Assembly: GCF_009834535.1 (NCBI RefSeq)
Contig: NC_045696.1
Coordinates: forward strand, 33,172,001 to 33,236,000
DNA length: 64,000 nt
Source: Camelus ferus
Lineage: Eukaryota
Reading direction: 5' to 3'
In this document: positions 12,051-25,200 of the stretch, piece after piece
How positions within the stretch are numbered: position 1 is the stretch's first letter
Layout: each line of letters starts with the position of its first letter
The notes under the pieces: model-generated
Databases searched by the model: none
Seen by the model: the letters and a program-made list of their open reading frames with translations, nothing else
What the model was told of the DNA's origin: nothing
Made by a program: the position numbers and the translations under genes

Positions 12051-13587
12051 TATTATGTAAGCAGGGTATCACCAACCTTATTGTATCCTGTGCACTGCCT
12101 CTGTGACTGCAGATACTGAGAAGCAGGAAGCGGGTTGAGGTTCAGTGCTGCTGGGGCCTAGGAGGTCCTGTTGTACACTAGGTGAAGCTCGGCTATTACC
12201 GTGAGGCGTGATGGACAAAAGATCCTGCATTCAAGTACAGACATTCCAATATTCAAAGCTTCTCCTCATACCCTTTTCCTTTTGATGTTATAATAGTAAA
12301 AGGATGGGGGAAATGGGAAAAAAGTACCCTAGAATCATTAGTAATAGTTTTCAAAGGAAACAACAGTAGAAAAGAGCAAAGGGTTCATGGGCCTCCATTC
12401 AAGCACATAACAGGCACAAGTAATAAAAGATTAAATTTACCTCTATAGAAAAAGATGAAAAATTAAAATGAGGCAAATTTAGAGCAGAATAGAAATGGAA
12501 AAGCCAGAAGAGTCTTTAAGGCAGTTAAACTATAAAGTGCCTATTACTTAACAGCTATTATGGTACAAGACAGTGCAATATTGATTTCCTAGAAAGAGAA
12601 GACTCTATATTTTTAAGAGGGGGGATGAACTATATTTTCACACTTTAATCTTAAGAGCATAATTTATCAGATATACTCTTAATGGAAGTATATTTTATAC
12701 AATTGAAGATAAGAGATACAAACACTCTGTAAAGAGATCTGTTCTGCCCAGTTTCCTATAATGCTGCAATACATAAGCCAGAAGGGTTTTATGATTCCAG
12801 CTCAAATATAAAGACCGTTTGAAGTATTTCAATAAAATGCATGAACATTTAATAGTGTACCTTATTTATAATTGGAATTAACTATCATAGAGTATTAAAA
12901 ATGGTATTATTAAGTATCTATAACTTAAATAAATAACTGCTACCAATTACATTTATTTAAAAGAAATTAATGATGAATTCATAGTTGTTGTTATATTGGT
13001 ATTTTGATTGGGATTCGTGTTTCCAGTGTCTTTATACCTTGATAATACCTTTCATTTTTTTAGTAGCACTTTAAGACTTTTGCTGCTTCAAAATAAGACC
13101 TGATTCTGCCATTTTGAATTTATGTCTTTTCTTACCCATATATATATTTAGTATGGCTGTCTAATATCACTAGTGCTAACTTCCAGAATTATGCAATAAT
13201 ACAAAAATATCACATTATTTCCCATACTTGTAAATGTTATATCAGCAATCACTGTCCATATATTTTATGGAAACACCTTGTTTCTTTCTACCCCACTGCT
13301 TCCTAATAACAAGAGATGAGACCATCTGAGAATTTTCAGAGCAATTTAGCACAAAATGTAGCTATGAATATTAAAGGGTTTTTTTTTTAGGCTGATTCTT
13401 AAAAGTATAATAAAAAGTCTTTTGGATAAAAGTTAGGAAGGATTTTGTACCACCCTTTTTCAAATTTTTCTACACTGTTATCATAGATGATACATAAAAA
13501 CACAGTTTTTTTCTCATCATTTCTCAGTTGCCTATAGAAAAAGGCAACTGATATTTAATTCATGATGATTCACTATTAAGTAAATAG

Positions 13588-13860
13588 CATCTCCTCAGTG
13601 AGGTTTTCTCTGGCCAGTGATATCTTCCCTACCATCCTATAAAATGATACTACCACTCTAACACTTGTTAATTCCTTCCTAATTCTTATCATCAAATAAC
13701 ATAGTCTATATTTTGCTTAATAACCACGTTCATTGTGTGTTTCCTCCCAATAGAAAGCAAGCTGCATGAAGGCAAAATATCTTCCTTTTGTTTTTTAAAT
13801 GTTTATCTATTTTCTAGTATTTGGCAAATTGTCACCACCGATGCCTACTTTTTCAGTAAA
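13588..13860 (+). mobile_element. L2 3' fragment
   Basis: catctcctcagtgaggttttctctggcc...tgtttcctcccaatagaaagcaagctgcatgaaggca is typical of the L2 3' end. Confidence 0.7.
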
Positions 13861-13929
13861 CAAACAGAAAAGAGAATATAGCTAGAAAACTAGGAAAAAC
13901 AGACGCTACATTTAAGGAAATACAATTTT

Positions 13930-16290
13930 TCGTATTTACCTAGTATAAAATTCACTCATTTTTGTGTACAGCTGTATGAGTTTTGATAAATGCATAGAAT
14001 CATTTAACCACCACTATAATAGAGATACAGAACAGTTCCATCAACCCAAAACATTTCCTTGTGTTGCTTTTTTAGAGTTGATCACTCCCCTTACTTTTAA
14101 TTCCTAACAACCACAGAACTGTTCTCCATTCTTTAAATTATACCTTTTCCAGGGTAGGGGGAAAATGGAATTGTATTGTTTGTAGTCTTTTTAGTCTAGT
14201 GTATTTTGCTTACTGTGCATTTGTGGTTTATCCATGTTGTTATATGTATCAGTAGTAGTTCATTCCTTTTTTATTGTTGAGTAGTGTTTCATCATCTAGA
14301 GGTACCACAGGGTTGTTTTTTTTTAACCAGTTGCAATTAAAAATAAAACTGCTATAAACATTTGCAAGCAGGTTATCAGTTTTCTTGGGTAGATACTAAC
14401 TGGTCATATAGTTTGTATATGTTTATCTTTCTAAGAAATTACTAAACTCCTTCTAAAGATGCTGTACTGTTTTGCCTTCCCATCAGCAATGTATTAGAGT
14501 TTAATTGCTCTGCATCTTGACCTACATTTTTATTGTCAGTTTTGATGATGTTGCTTATTTTAAAAAGTTGCTTATTTGCTTCTTTTGATGAAGTTCATTT
14601 TATCTGTGTTTTTAGATGGCGCATGCTTTGGTGTCATATCTAAGAACATTTGCCTAAAATGTGGCCACAATGATTTTTCTCCTATGATCACTCCTAAAAG
14701 TTTTAGGTTTTACATTTAAATCTATGGTTTATTTTGAGCTATAGGTAAAAGTTTAATTATTTATCCATGAATATCCAATTTTTCCAGTACCATTTGTTCA
14801 AAAGACTACCCTTTCACCTTAAATTACGATTTTTACCTTTGTTGAAAATGAATCAATCGTATATGGTGGGTCTATTTCTGAACTCACCATTCTGTGCTAT
14901 TGATCAATATGTGCATTCTTTGGCAATACCACACTGTCTTGATTACTGTAGCTTTATAGTAAGTCTTGGAATTGTATAATATGAGTTACTCAACTCTTCT
15001 ATTCTTTTCCATATAAATTTTAGAATAATCTTTTTAATATCTATAAAAAACTCTTTTGGAATATTGATTTGAGTTATATTGATCTATAGGTCAGTTTGAA
15101 GAGTGTTGATATAATGCTAGTAAGTCTTCCAATTACAAACTTAGTATAAACTCTCCATTTTTTAAACTCTTGATTTTGTGTATGTGCTCTTGCAAATTTT
15201 GATTTCCAAGTGTTCAGTGCTACTATTTAGAAAAAAACTGATTTTTGTCTTGTCTCTTGCCATCTTGCTCAACTAACCTATCAGTTATAGAAGTATTTTG
15301 TGTAGATTCCATGAGATTCTATAGAAAATTATAGAATCTATTAATACAGACAGTTTTATTTCATCTTTCTAAACTTTATCTTGCTAATTTCTTTTTATTT
15401 CCTTGCTATATTGTTTAGGACTTCCAGCATGAAATTGAATAGAAGGGGAGGGGCTCATTCAGTGATTTTTTTTTTCTATCTTTTCTCTTCGTATTAGAAA
15501 ATTTCTACTGATCTATGTTCAGTTTCACTGATTCATTTTTCTTTCATCCTTATTCTGCAACTGAGGCCATCTAGCATTTTTGAAATTCAGGTATTTTATA
15601 TTTAATTTCCAAAATTTTTATTTAGATCTTTTCTATGATTTTGATTTTTCTGCTATGAACTTTCTACTTCCCATTGAGGAATGTTACCCTTCCTTCATGG
15701 ATTATGTCTCAAGAGTTCTCATAAGGTCTTTCTGTGATAATCTCATTTTCATGGCAATCTTGAGTTGACATATTTTCTCTTTTTATTTGATGATTAATCA
15801 GTTTTTCCTTTGTCTCCCTACTCCCTGACTTTGCTATACTGTTATTCTGAATTATATCCTGGACATTTGGAATATTATATTGGGGGATCCTGGAGATCCC
15901 CTCTGGAGGATCTAGTCAAATCCTCTGGAGAATTTTGTGTTTGTTGTGTTGTTATAGTTGCTGTTGCTACTTTAGAAGGCAGTTAACATGGTTAGGTTCA
16001 GAAGGCAAGTTCTGTTTCGTTTTCTGTGGGCAGTAGCTCCAATGTCAGTGCACCTATGAAGTTTGCTGTGTGTCTATGTCTTCCTGTGCATGAGCCACTC
16101 AGGAGTTCATCTGGGACTAAACTATTTGGTTGGTGGTTTATATCATACCTCCTTTCTCAAATCCTTTGCTCTGTCTAATTTGGTGTTGACCTTGGAGGCA
16201 GGCGCAGGCCCATGTATTGAGTCGTCATACACAGGATGAGGGAACCTGTTTCTCCAGGTGTCACCTCTTTAGTATTCCCACCACAATTTC
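13930..16290 (-). mobile_element. Old L1 (L1MC/MD-like): 3' end, ORF2 remnants and 5'-region remnants
   Basis: aaaattcactcatttttgtgtacag...accaccactataatagagatacagaacagttccatca; cccatcagcaatgtattagagtt; ccagtaccatttgttcaaaagact; ataccacactgtcttgattactgtagctttatagtaagtcttg. Many internal deletions. Confidence 0.8.
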
Positions 16291-16294
16291 CAGG

Positions 16295-16718
16295 GAGACA
16301 CAGTGCAATCAAGCACTGGTTGAACAATGCTTGACTCAAATAGAGAAGAAACAGAGCAAGATCAGCTTCTGTAGTGGACTTCAGTCCCCTACGGCCAGTG
16401 GGTCCCTCCTGGCAGTCGACGCAGACAGCTGGTCTGCATGCACCCTTGTGCTATAGTAGAAAGGCTTCATTCCTCCTTACAGAGGACAGACATAGCAGTG
16501 GGGTTGGCCAGGTGCCATGATACAGACAGTGAAGCAGAACAAAGGAGCACACATTGCATCTGCAGCAGGGAAAGTTGTACCCCTACAAGGTGATCAGCCT
16601 GGCACTGGCTCTGAGCAGCTCTCATCTCCTGCTAAGGAAGTACCCCAGGCCCAAGACCCATTCTCCTGCAGCCAGAAGGGGTAGAAAGGATGTCCGTGTA
16701 AGGCTGCCTTTCCCAACA
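16295..16718 (-). mobile_element. ERVL-type LTR (MER74-like), partial
   Basis: GC-richer block ending ggctgcctttcccaaca, which reads TGTTGGGAAAGGCAG on the minus strand and resembles the MER74-family 5' terminus. Left boundary uncertain. Confidence 0.55.
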
Positions 16719-19029
16719 ACTTCATAGCCTTTTAATACTAAAGTGGCTTCATAATGTTTTATCTGAACACTCTCTTTATATTAAAAACTGATTTAGAATC
16801 TACACCCTATATACTTGTTTGACCATCACGGGGCTGTAAAACAGAGAAGCCGGGTGTCCTGACACCCAGCCCAGAGCTTCCTCTGCTGTATGTTTTTTTC
16901 TTCCTTATATTTATTATTTTTTGGCCACTTTTAACTTCCAAACAGAAAACTGAGAAAGAACTACCTAAGAGTTATTTACCATAGTAATTAACATACTCAT
17001 TTAGAATTTGAACACGGAATGTGGTCAGATTCAATTTTCATTTGAAGGCTCTGACCGAGGACTTGCCATTGCAGTTGCCTTGAATAGAAAATCAAATGCT
17101 TATCCTACAATCCTGCAGCTATGAACTCCTAGGCTATGAAAAACTGTGACTAAAGGACTTAACTAGTTATTTCCAATGTAACGAATAGATAGCTCATCAG
17201 AATAAATACACTTGGGTTTTACTATAACAACTCTTTTTTTATTATCCTCTGTAGTTTTGAAAATTCTAACTTAGCTGTCCTCTCTTATTATGCGGCTGGC
17301 TATATATTTACCCCCTTACAATCCTTGGCCATTTCCCTGAAGGGGATAGAGTCAGTGGACTGAATAGGATTAGCATCAAAAGTCACCACTGCTTTCCCAA
17401 GCAGAGTTTAAAAATAGGATCATTGAATAATAAGGGATTTAAGTCTCAACCAGGCAGGGTGTGGAAGGAAATTATTTGGATTTAGACCAATAGAGATTAG
17501 AGTGTGATTAGAGACTACCATGTCCTTTATATCAGATTAAGGACTTGAAAGAGAAGACTTGCAGGAAAAAAAAAAGTCAGGTCACAAAATTGTGCACCTG
17601 CTTCCCTAAATCAATCAAAGAATCAAAGGAAGATCTCTCTTTCCCTGTACATTTGTGAGTCTGAGAGTACCGAGTGAAGCAAACAAAAAGAGGTGAAGGT
17701 CTAGAGTGTAACAGTGTAAGGTCTAGTGAAAATTACCTCTGGGAAATAGCCAACATAGGAACCAAGGAACGAAGACAGGTAACCAATAATAATAACTTTT
17801 ATACAGATCTTCTATCTTAAAGAATCCCCAAACAATTTCCAAGGAAGAAAATGCATCATATTCAGCAGAAATCCAGCCATCCCTAGAGTGAGGCTTTTCT
17901 TTTTAATACAGAATTCTTAGCAGGGGCTTAATGAGAGAAAAAGTTTTTCTACAATATAAGGTTAGTTTACATTGCTTACTCAAAGCTTGGATAAAAGAAA
18001 GAGTTCCTCTTTGATTTTGCTAAGATATTCTGGAGAAGAAAAAATGCCTATGTAAAATCACTTTAAAAATGTTTCCTAATCAATCAGAGGTGGATGTCTA
18101 TTTATCTCAACAACAGTTTATTTATTAAGAAGGCAGTAACGAGGCAATATCGGGGAGCATGTATCATTTAGGTAATAGCAAGTATGAAGAAAGAATCATT
18201 TTTAAATTGTAAAAAATTTTGCTTACGTAAGTAAAAATCTGTAAAATAATGTTGGAAACTTACGTTGTACAATCTGTATTGTTTCCTTTATGAAGATAGT
18301 AACAGTCTTGATAAAGAATCTGTTCAAAATCTATTTGAACTAGGACGTGAAGAATTCTTGTGCTTTTTTTTTTCAAAATATACATCAAATTAAACTGACA
18401 CTTGAACACAGTTTTTTTGTATCTAAAATCTCACTTATTCTGAAATCTGTAGAAAATTTTATAGCAGCAGCAAGAATATAAACCTTTTACCTATGGTTAA
18501 AAATTCTGATACTGCTAAGTGTCAGCTATTTGCTGTTATTTGTCCTTATTTTAGTGATTTTTTTTATTACAGATCTATGGATATAAGTTATGGATGAGAA
18601 CTGAAATAGAGAGTAAGACTGAAAATGATACACACATCAACTTTTGTATGAAGACAAGAACAAACGATAGACTTTTTCCCCCCCAAAGGTAATTACTTGT
18701 TCTGTGTTTATTGCATTATCAATAATCAGTTTCCACTGTAGGGCTGTAAAAGCATTATATAATTGGTAAGAATTTACTAAACTACAGTAAAGTAATAATC
18801 TGAAATTGAATGGGAGACAGTCTGGGTCTTGCAGGTCCATTAGTTTAATCATAATGAATGTACAATTTTAAAAACGAGATTGATTCATCATTTACCAAGA
18901 TTAACCTTTTTAAATAGTAACTCCACCTTGATAATTGGGAACTCCATATGTATAATTAGGAATATACATATAGTGTTCAGAGGTAATAAAGTCAGGTACA
19001 GAGATTATGAGACTTTTCAACAGCTATCT

Positions 19030-19200
19030 TTTTTAAGCCACTTTTAAGTATGATTGAGACACAAAGAGCTGTATGTATTTAATGTACACAATTTGATGAA
19101 TTTGGAGAGAAGTTGACATCCATGAAACCATCACCACAATGCATACAATAAATATATCCATTGCCTCCAAAAGTTCTCCCAGCCTTTTCATTTTCTTCCT
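19030..19200 (-). mobile_element. L1MB-like 3' end
   Basis: gtatgattga...ctgtatgtatttaatgtacacaatttgatga...catccatgaaaccatcaccacaat...atatatccattgcctccaaaagtt. Confidence 0.75.
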
Positions 19201-21449
19201 CTTGAATCATGACACTGTTTACCACCAAGATCAGCATTCTTCTTTTATTGTTTAGAAGTTTCAATATAATATTAATATTTACTAAAAATTCAGTCAATAG
19301 TTCTAAGTATGAATCACTACTCCACACTGTTCATCTTTTTCAGAGAACACTGTTTCACTCTGAGCAGAAAATTTCATTGTCATCGTGATCTGGTAAGTTT
19401 CCTGAAATTAAAGGGAACTTTTCACAATGTCAAACCAAACAGTGAAAAATCAAACACTACTTTGAAAATACTTGTTCACTACTAATCTATCTATTTTGTT
19501 AAATAACAGCTTACTGTAATAGAAAAAAGATAAATTATGTTATAACAGTGCCTAAGACATACTAAGAGCCAAATAAATTATTGGTAAATGTTATTATTCC
19601 TATTCATCTTAGGTTGTTTTTTTTTTTTTTTTCCACTTTTAGATTAGGGATAATAATACTTAGTTCATTGAATGTTTTTTGGAACAAATCATAGTTTATA
19701 CATTATAATTCTCATATTACTTGGACTTTGTTAATTAGTTGATAAATAATTATATAGTTTAATAAACCCTCCTATCATTGTTTTCAGTCTGTAGAAGGAG
19801 GCATCATCTTGCATGAGTCATTTTTCGTGAGACTTTTATGATGTGTTGGATTTAGGCATGATGATAAAGAATGGGGATACTGTGTGGTATAAAAGGTATA
19901 TGCCTACAAAGCCTGGGACTAATGGATCTTTATGTTTGGTGCACCAGAAGAAGTCAGTGTTGACAGGGAATTGTGAAGTATAAAATGCTAAACTAGCTGT
20001 AAAACCTGATGATGGGAAAAGGCAAAATGATGGGACATCTTAAAAGTTAAGCAGGTTGGATTTTCCTATACTTTATTTAAGTTTTATTTTGTGGGGGCTG
20101 TGTTTTCCCTTTTTAAAATTTCACATTGTTAAGTTTAGAAAATACAGTTTTCAAATATTTTGAGGATTGAATTGATTGAGGCAAAGGGGAAATCGCCATT
20201 ATGACTTTAAGGCTTTAAAAAGATTGTAACAAAGACTCTTCAAAAAGAAAAGAGCCTAGGTCCATACCTGTAAAGAGCCTTAGATAGTATGCAAGGCATT
20301 TCATTTGTGTTTCTGGACCAATACCTTTTGCCTACTTGGGATAATTTGTTATTCCTCCTAGATTCTGGGGCTGGTTATTTTGATTTATGTTGAGAGGCTG
20401 TGAAAATGACTTCCCTAGAAATCTTGACTAGGCTAGAGACCCATCTGTCTTCCATGGCTTAGTTGTAGTCCTGCCTGGAGGCAAAGGATAGATAACCTGA
20501 AATAGAATAAGAGACCCCCGAAGGAGAGGATTAAGTCACTAGATTAGTGGTGACCAGATGCTCTCTAGAAGGTTCATGAAATTGCTCGTTTCCATGGGAA
20601 AAGGTATCTTTTTCTCAGTGGCCTTGAATTTTTTAGTAAGAGAACAAGACCACCAGTTTCCTTTAAAATGCCCATTAAAACCACTGGAGCAAGTAATCTT
20701 CCAAGGAGAATATCTTTCTTCCATATATAAAAATGCTAAATTATTATGAAACCTCTTTCATTTCTTTTTCCTCCCACTTCCTCCTCTCAGGCCTTCTTTC
20801 CTGATTTCCTTACAAAAGATTTGAAGTGCTTCATTAATATTTTTTTCAGATGCTATGTTTTACTAGATTGCTTAGCAGTAAAAGAATATCCTAAAAAGAA
20901 AAAAAGATACCTTTGAATTCAAGGCATACTATTTTACTTACATTGATTCTTTTTCTTTTACTGTTAGTAATGAAAGGGTTTAAACAAAACTGGTTGAGTT
21001 ACTTTTTCTAAAATAACTCCATACTACTACTACAACGGACTGTACTGCACTATACAGTTAAAAAATTATTTCTAAACTTAGTCTTCTCTGTGTGTTTAAT
21101 CTATCCTTTACTTTAACCTAAATATAGAGCTTGCTTTACTCTTGCTGAAAATGTATTTATTTTTTAATGAGACCATTAACTCAAGAGATATCAATTCTTT
21201 TTAAACTAGAGTCTAAACCAAAGGGTTTCGTGAGTTTTTTTTCCCTCTGTATTAATTAGCATTTAAGTGAAGTGATTCTATTAAAGTGCAATATGAGTTA
21301 GTATTCTCAGTAAGAGAAAAAATAGAAATTCATTAACTATAGTTATGTTTAAATACTTCTTTCATCAAGGAAAACTTATTTGTGAATTTACTTCACTGTC
21401 ACTCATGAGAATTCAATGCCCTCTAATTATTTTCAACTTCATATCACCC

Positions 21450-21670
21450 GTTTTCTTCTCTGCCTTTCCTTAGACTATTCCTTCTGCCTGGGATGTTCAT
21501 CTCCATCTATTGCATCCATCTTGCATTGCCCTACTAAATGTCACCTCTCTTATGTGCTGTCTGGTGCTTTTCTTAAGCCCTCTCTCCATGACCTCTCTTT
21601 GAGGGCAGGGACAGTTTCATATTTATAGAATATGATGTTCAGGATCATGCACATAGACACTTAATGTATT
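21450..21670 (+). mobile_element. L2 3' fragment
   Basis: attccttctgcctgggatgttc...aaatgtcacctct...ctctttgagggcagggacagtttcatattt. Confidence 0.6.
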
Positions 21671-22017
21671 TTTCCATGGGCAGATTAAATGCCTTATTCC
21701 ACTTCTGAAACATGGAGGTTTTTACCTCTCGTTATAAAGTTTTCATTTATTGTAAACAGATTCTTGAGGAATCTATTCTGCTCTTCCTTCTTCTGTTTGA
21801 AATGAGGTAGTAGGTACATTTTACGATATATGCTTAGTTAAATGTAAATTTCCTTTTATCCTGGCCATTCTCATTAAAACAAAAACCTCATTATACCTAA
21901 ATCCATAGCCTAAATATGTAAGGTTTTAGGCAGGAAAAATTCTAATTGAATATAGCCTTCTATATTCAAATAGTCAGAAAAAGTGTTTTAAGAAAAAAAT
22001 AGCAATTATGATGTTCT

Positions 22018-22237
22018 AACAGCCAGCACTTTTATAGTAACTCACTCTGTGCCAGGCACTATTCTATGCTCTTTGCACATACAACCCATATTTACTCTCA
22101 CAAAAGGTATGTTAAGAAACTGAGTCACAAGGAGCTCATATCACTTCCCTGAGCCATACAAGTAGCAAGTATAAGAGCCAAAGTTTGGATTTAGTTAATA
22201 TGCCTCTAAAATCCATACTCTTAACCACCATGCTATA
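22018..22237 (-). mobile_element. MIR SINE
   Basis: cactctgtgccaggcactattcta...agaaactgagtcaca...cacttccctgagccatacaagtagcaagt...ctcttaaccaccatgctat. Confidence 0.8.
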
Positions 22238-25200
22238 TCATATATTACTTTCTAACGGGTAGCAAAAGGTGCAAAATTTCAAGAAAAAATTCTTGAGCTT
22301 CTATTGTGCACTGCCACTGTAATAAGTAATCCAAGTAAATGCTAATACATGTCTATTCTTGAAGAAATCAAGTTTTTTATTAAAGTTTAGTAATAAAATA
22401 GGTGTTCAAGGTTAACATGAAGATATATGAACATATTTTAGCCAAGGTTTAGTAATGTTTCCTTAATATAACCTTTCTTTTTATTTCACCCTCGATCTTA
22501 CTCTTATTTCTCCTATACTGTGACTATCTTTGCAATGTTTCATTATTGTTAAATAGGCATTCCCATGTCTTTGTGCAATAGCAAGTATATATTAATTTTT
22601 ATAAAAACTCAGCAAATGATAATAAATTTATCAGTACATTTTCAGACCATAAAATGCAGACATTTGGGGGACAGTGAAAAACAGTGGAGTTTGTCAAACT
22701 CGGTTGTTCTTAATTTTAGAGACACAGAGACTGAGATCAAAGAGGCTATGTGAACTGCTCAAGGTCACTCAGCAGTAAGTGACATGATGATTATTCACTA
22801 GTGAAGTCATTCAAAGTAATTTTTTAATGAAGTGCTACAAAATAACCTGGACTGACTCTCCTTTGACTATCTTCTACCTTTCCTAGTTTGTCAGTTTCTC
22901 TGACTGACATGTCAAAGTTGTTTTATTTTCTTTGTCATATGAGTATAAACATATTATTCTAGTTTACTACAGATACCATATAAGCATAACTTTTATCCTT
23001 ATGAATTTATTTTACTCAAAAATTTAATTGTCATTTAATTTTATGGTATGATAAAGTAGATAAAGATATATGAATGTATCAATATATGCAGGTAATTTTT
23101 GCTTCTATATTGATACATAAACAAACATAGCAAAAAAGGCAAAGATTACCTACATTTTGCACTTACACTCAAGTTGGAGTGAGTCTGATATTCTGTAAAC
23201 TCAAATTGAAACTACCAGAATCCCACAGTGGGAAACTGAAAGCCACGCTGCTTCTTTATTCAGCATTTGCCAAACCCCTGCCAGAAGCCGTTCCACCAGT
23301 GGACCGTATGTCCCAAATAACATTTGGCATCAATGATTGATGACTAAACCTCCTTAGGAAGTAAAATTTAAAGTCTTTTTCTGTTTGTTTGCATAGTACA
23401 TAAAAACAAGGGTGTTTCCTAGAAGGAATTTCATTCTAATACATACCTTGAGGAAAAACATTTCAAACTAAAGCATGCCAAAGCCTATGGTAAAGGATGG
23501 AAACAATGTAATGTGATTTACAACTAGGTAAACTTTGTTGAGAAAAAGGGGTTAATGTATATCATTCTCTTCAAAATTATAAATTTCTGCTATTTGAACA
23601 AGAAACTAGTTATTCCTTCTAATGGTTCATATAGTAAAATTGAAGTGAAGTCTTAAAAATGCAGTGTTTTTATTTTAGCTTGTAGTTATAAAAGCTTCCC
23701 AGTAATGGAACTGTCCAATAATCTTTTTGTAGAAGAATTTTCTGTATTGAGACGGAATAGGACTTATGTAGAGAAAGAATCTCTTCTTTGCATAGATTCT
23801 AGGAGTCTGTATCAAATTGATAATAGTATGCTCTCTCTCTTGCCATATATATATCCAAATATATCTTCCACAGTCTTGGTTCTGGCACTATTCAGCTTTG
23901 CATGGCTTAAATCTACTTGTTAGTAATGCCATTTCCTTCCTAAACACCATTGTTTCTTTTTCTTCCTGACTAAGATGATCTTAACATCTACTGGCCTGTG
24001 CTGTCACATGACTACTGTTGAGCTGGTTGCAGCTTCTTTTCGGTTTTTTTAGCTGCTTAAACAACACATACAAATCTCCTTACAGAAATATATGCCTATT
24101 TATTTAATTAAAAGTAATTCTTCCCTAATTACCTCTAGTTTTTAAAGCAAAGTACTTTTTTTCTGCCTGTAATCATGACCAAATTTAAGTTCATGTTAAA
24201 TGAAATGACCATAATTGTTCCTTTAACATTTGAATTATGTTGAATATAATAATTGACCAGTAAATGGTGAATGATGACCAGATTTGGTTTTCACATTACT
24301 TTTTCACATCAATTGTATGGATATGTTTACATATGCAAAAATATACGGTACAAAGGAGACAATACAAAGTGATCATACTTTTTAATCAACCAAATGGAGG
24401 TGTCAATGGTTATAGCACTCTGCTGTCTTAACTAAAGAAGTCACTGATTTATATTTCTTGCTTTACTTATTGACAGCCCTCAGTCTTCTGCTTCTACATA
24501 ATCTAGATTACTACAGCAAATAGCTCATGCCATCCAATCTTACACAAAGTGCATTAATTGCATTTCATGTTGATTAAAAGGTTTGTTAAGTTCTTTGCCA
24601 CCATGGAGTTTATAAACCATAAATCTATATGGATTATTATAGATAGACATAGTCATTCATTCTGAATATGACTTTGAACAAAGAATATTCTTAAAGAAGT
24701 TATGAAAAAAGCTACCTGTTTTTCCTCTGTTCTCTTCACTTTTCCTCTGATCTTTCATTTTTTTCTCAACTAAATCCTCCTCTGGCCTTTGCAAACCCTT
24801 CCCCTAAACCAATTATGGTGCAGAACACCCTGTTTCATTATTATTCCTCTTTCTCTTCACATTTTCTCATAAGTAAACCTTTACCTAAGGTCCCCTCTCC
24901 TCTTTCCCTTATTATCTACTTCCTGATGCTCCTTTCAGCTAAGAGCTACATCATTCTTTTCTGCTCTCCATCCTCCTTTGCCCCCTCCTCCCATCATTTA
25001 TCTTAGTATTTCTTGACGCTTATTTTCCAGTCTCCATTTCTTTAGGGTAAAAGAAACTGCTCAGCAATCTCCCCAAATCCTGAAAATCTGAATTTGGAGA
25101 GCAAAAATAGTAAGTAGATATAAACTGCAATGAAATACACTCACAGTATGAGATAATGAATTGAACTTCCACCTGATCCAGTTAAGCTCAAAACCTTCCT

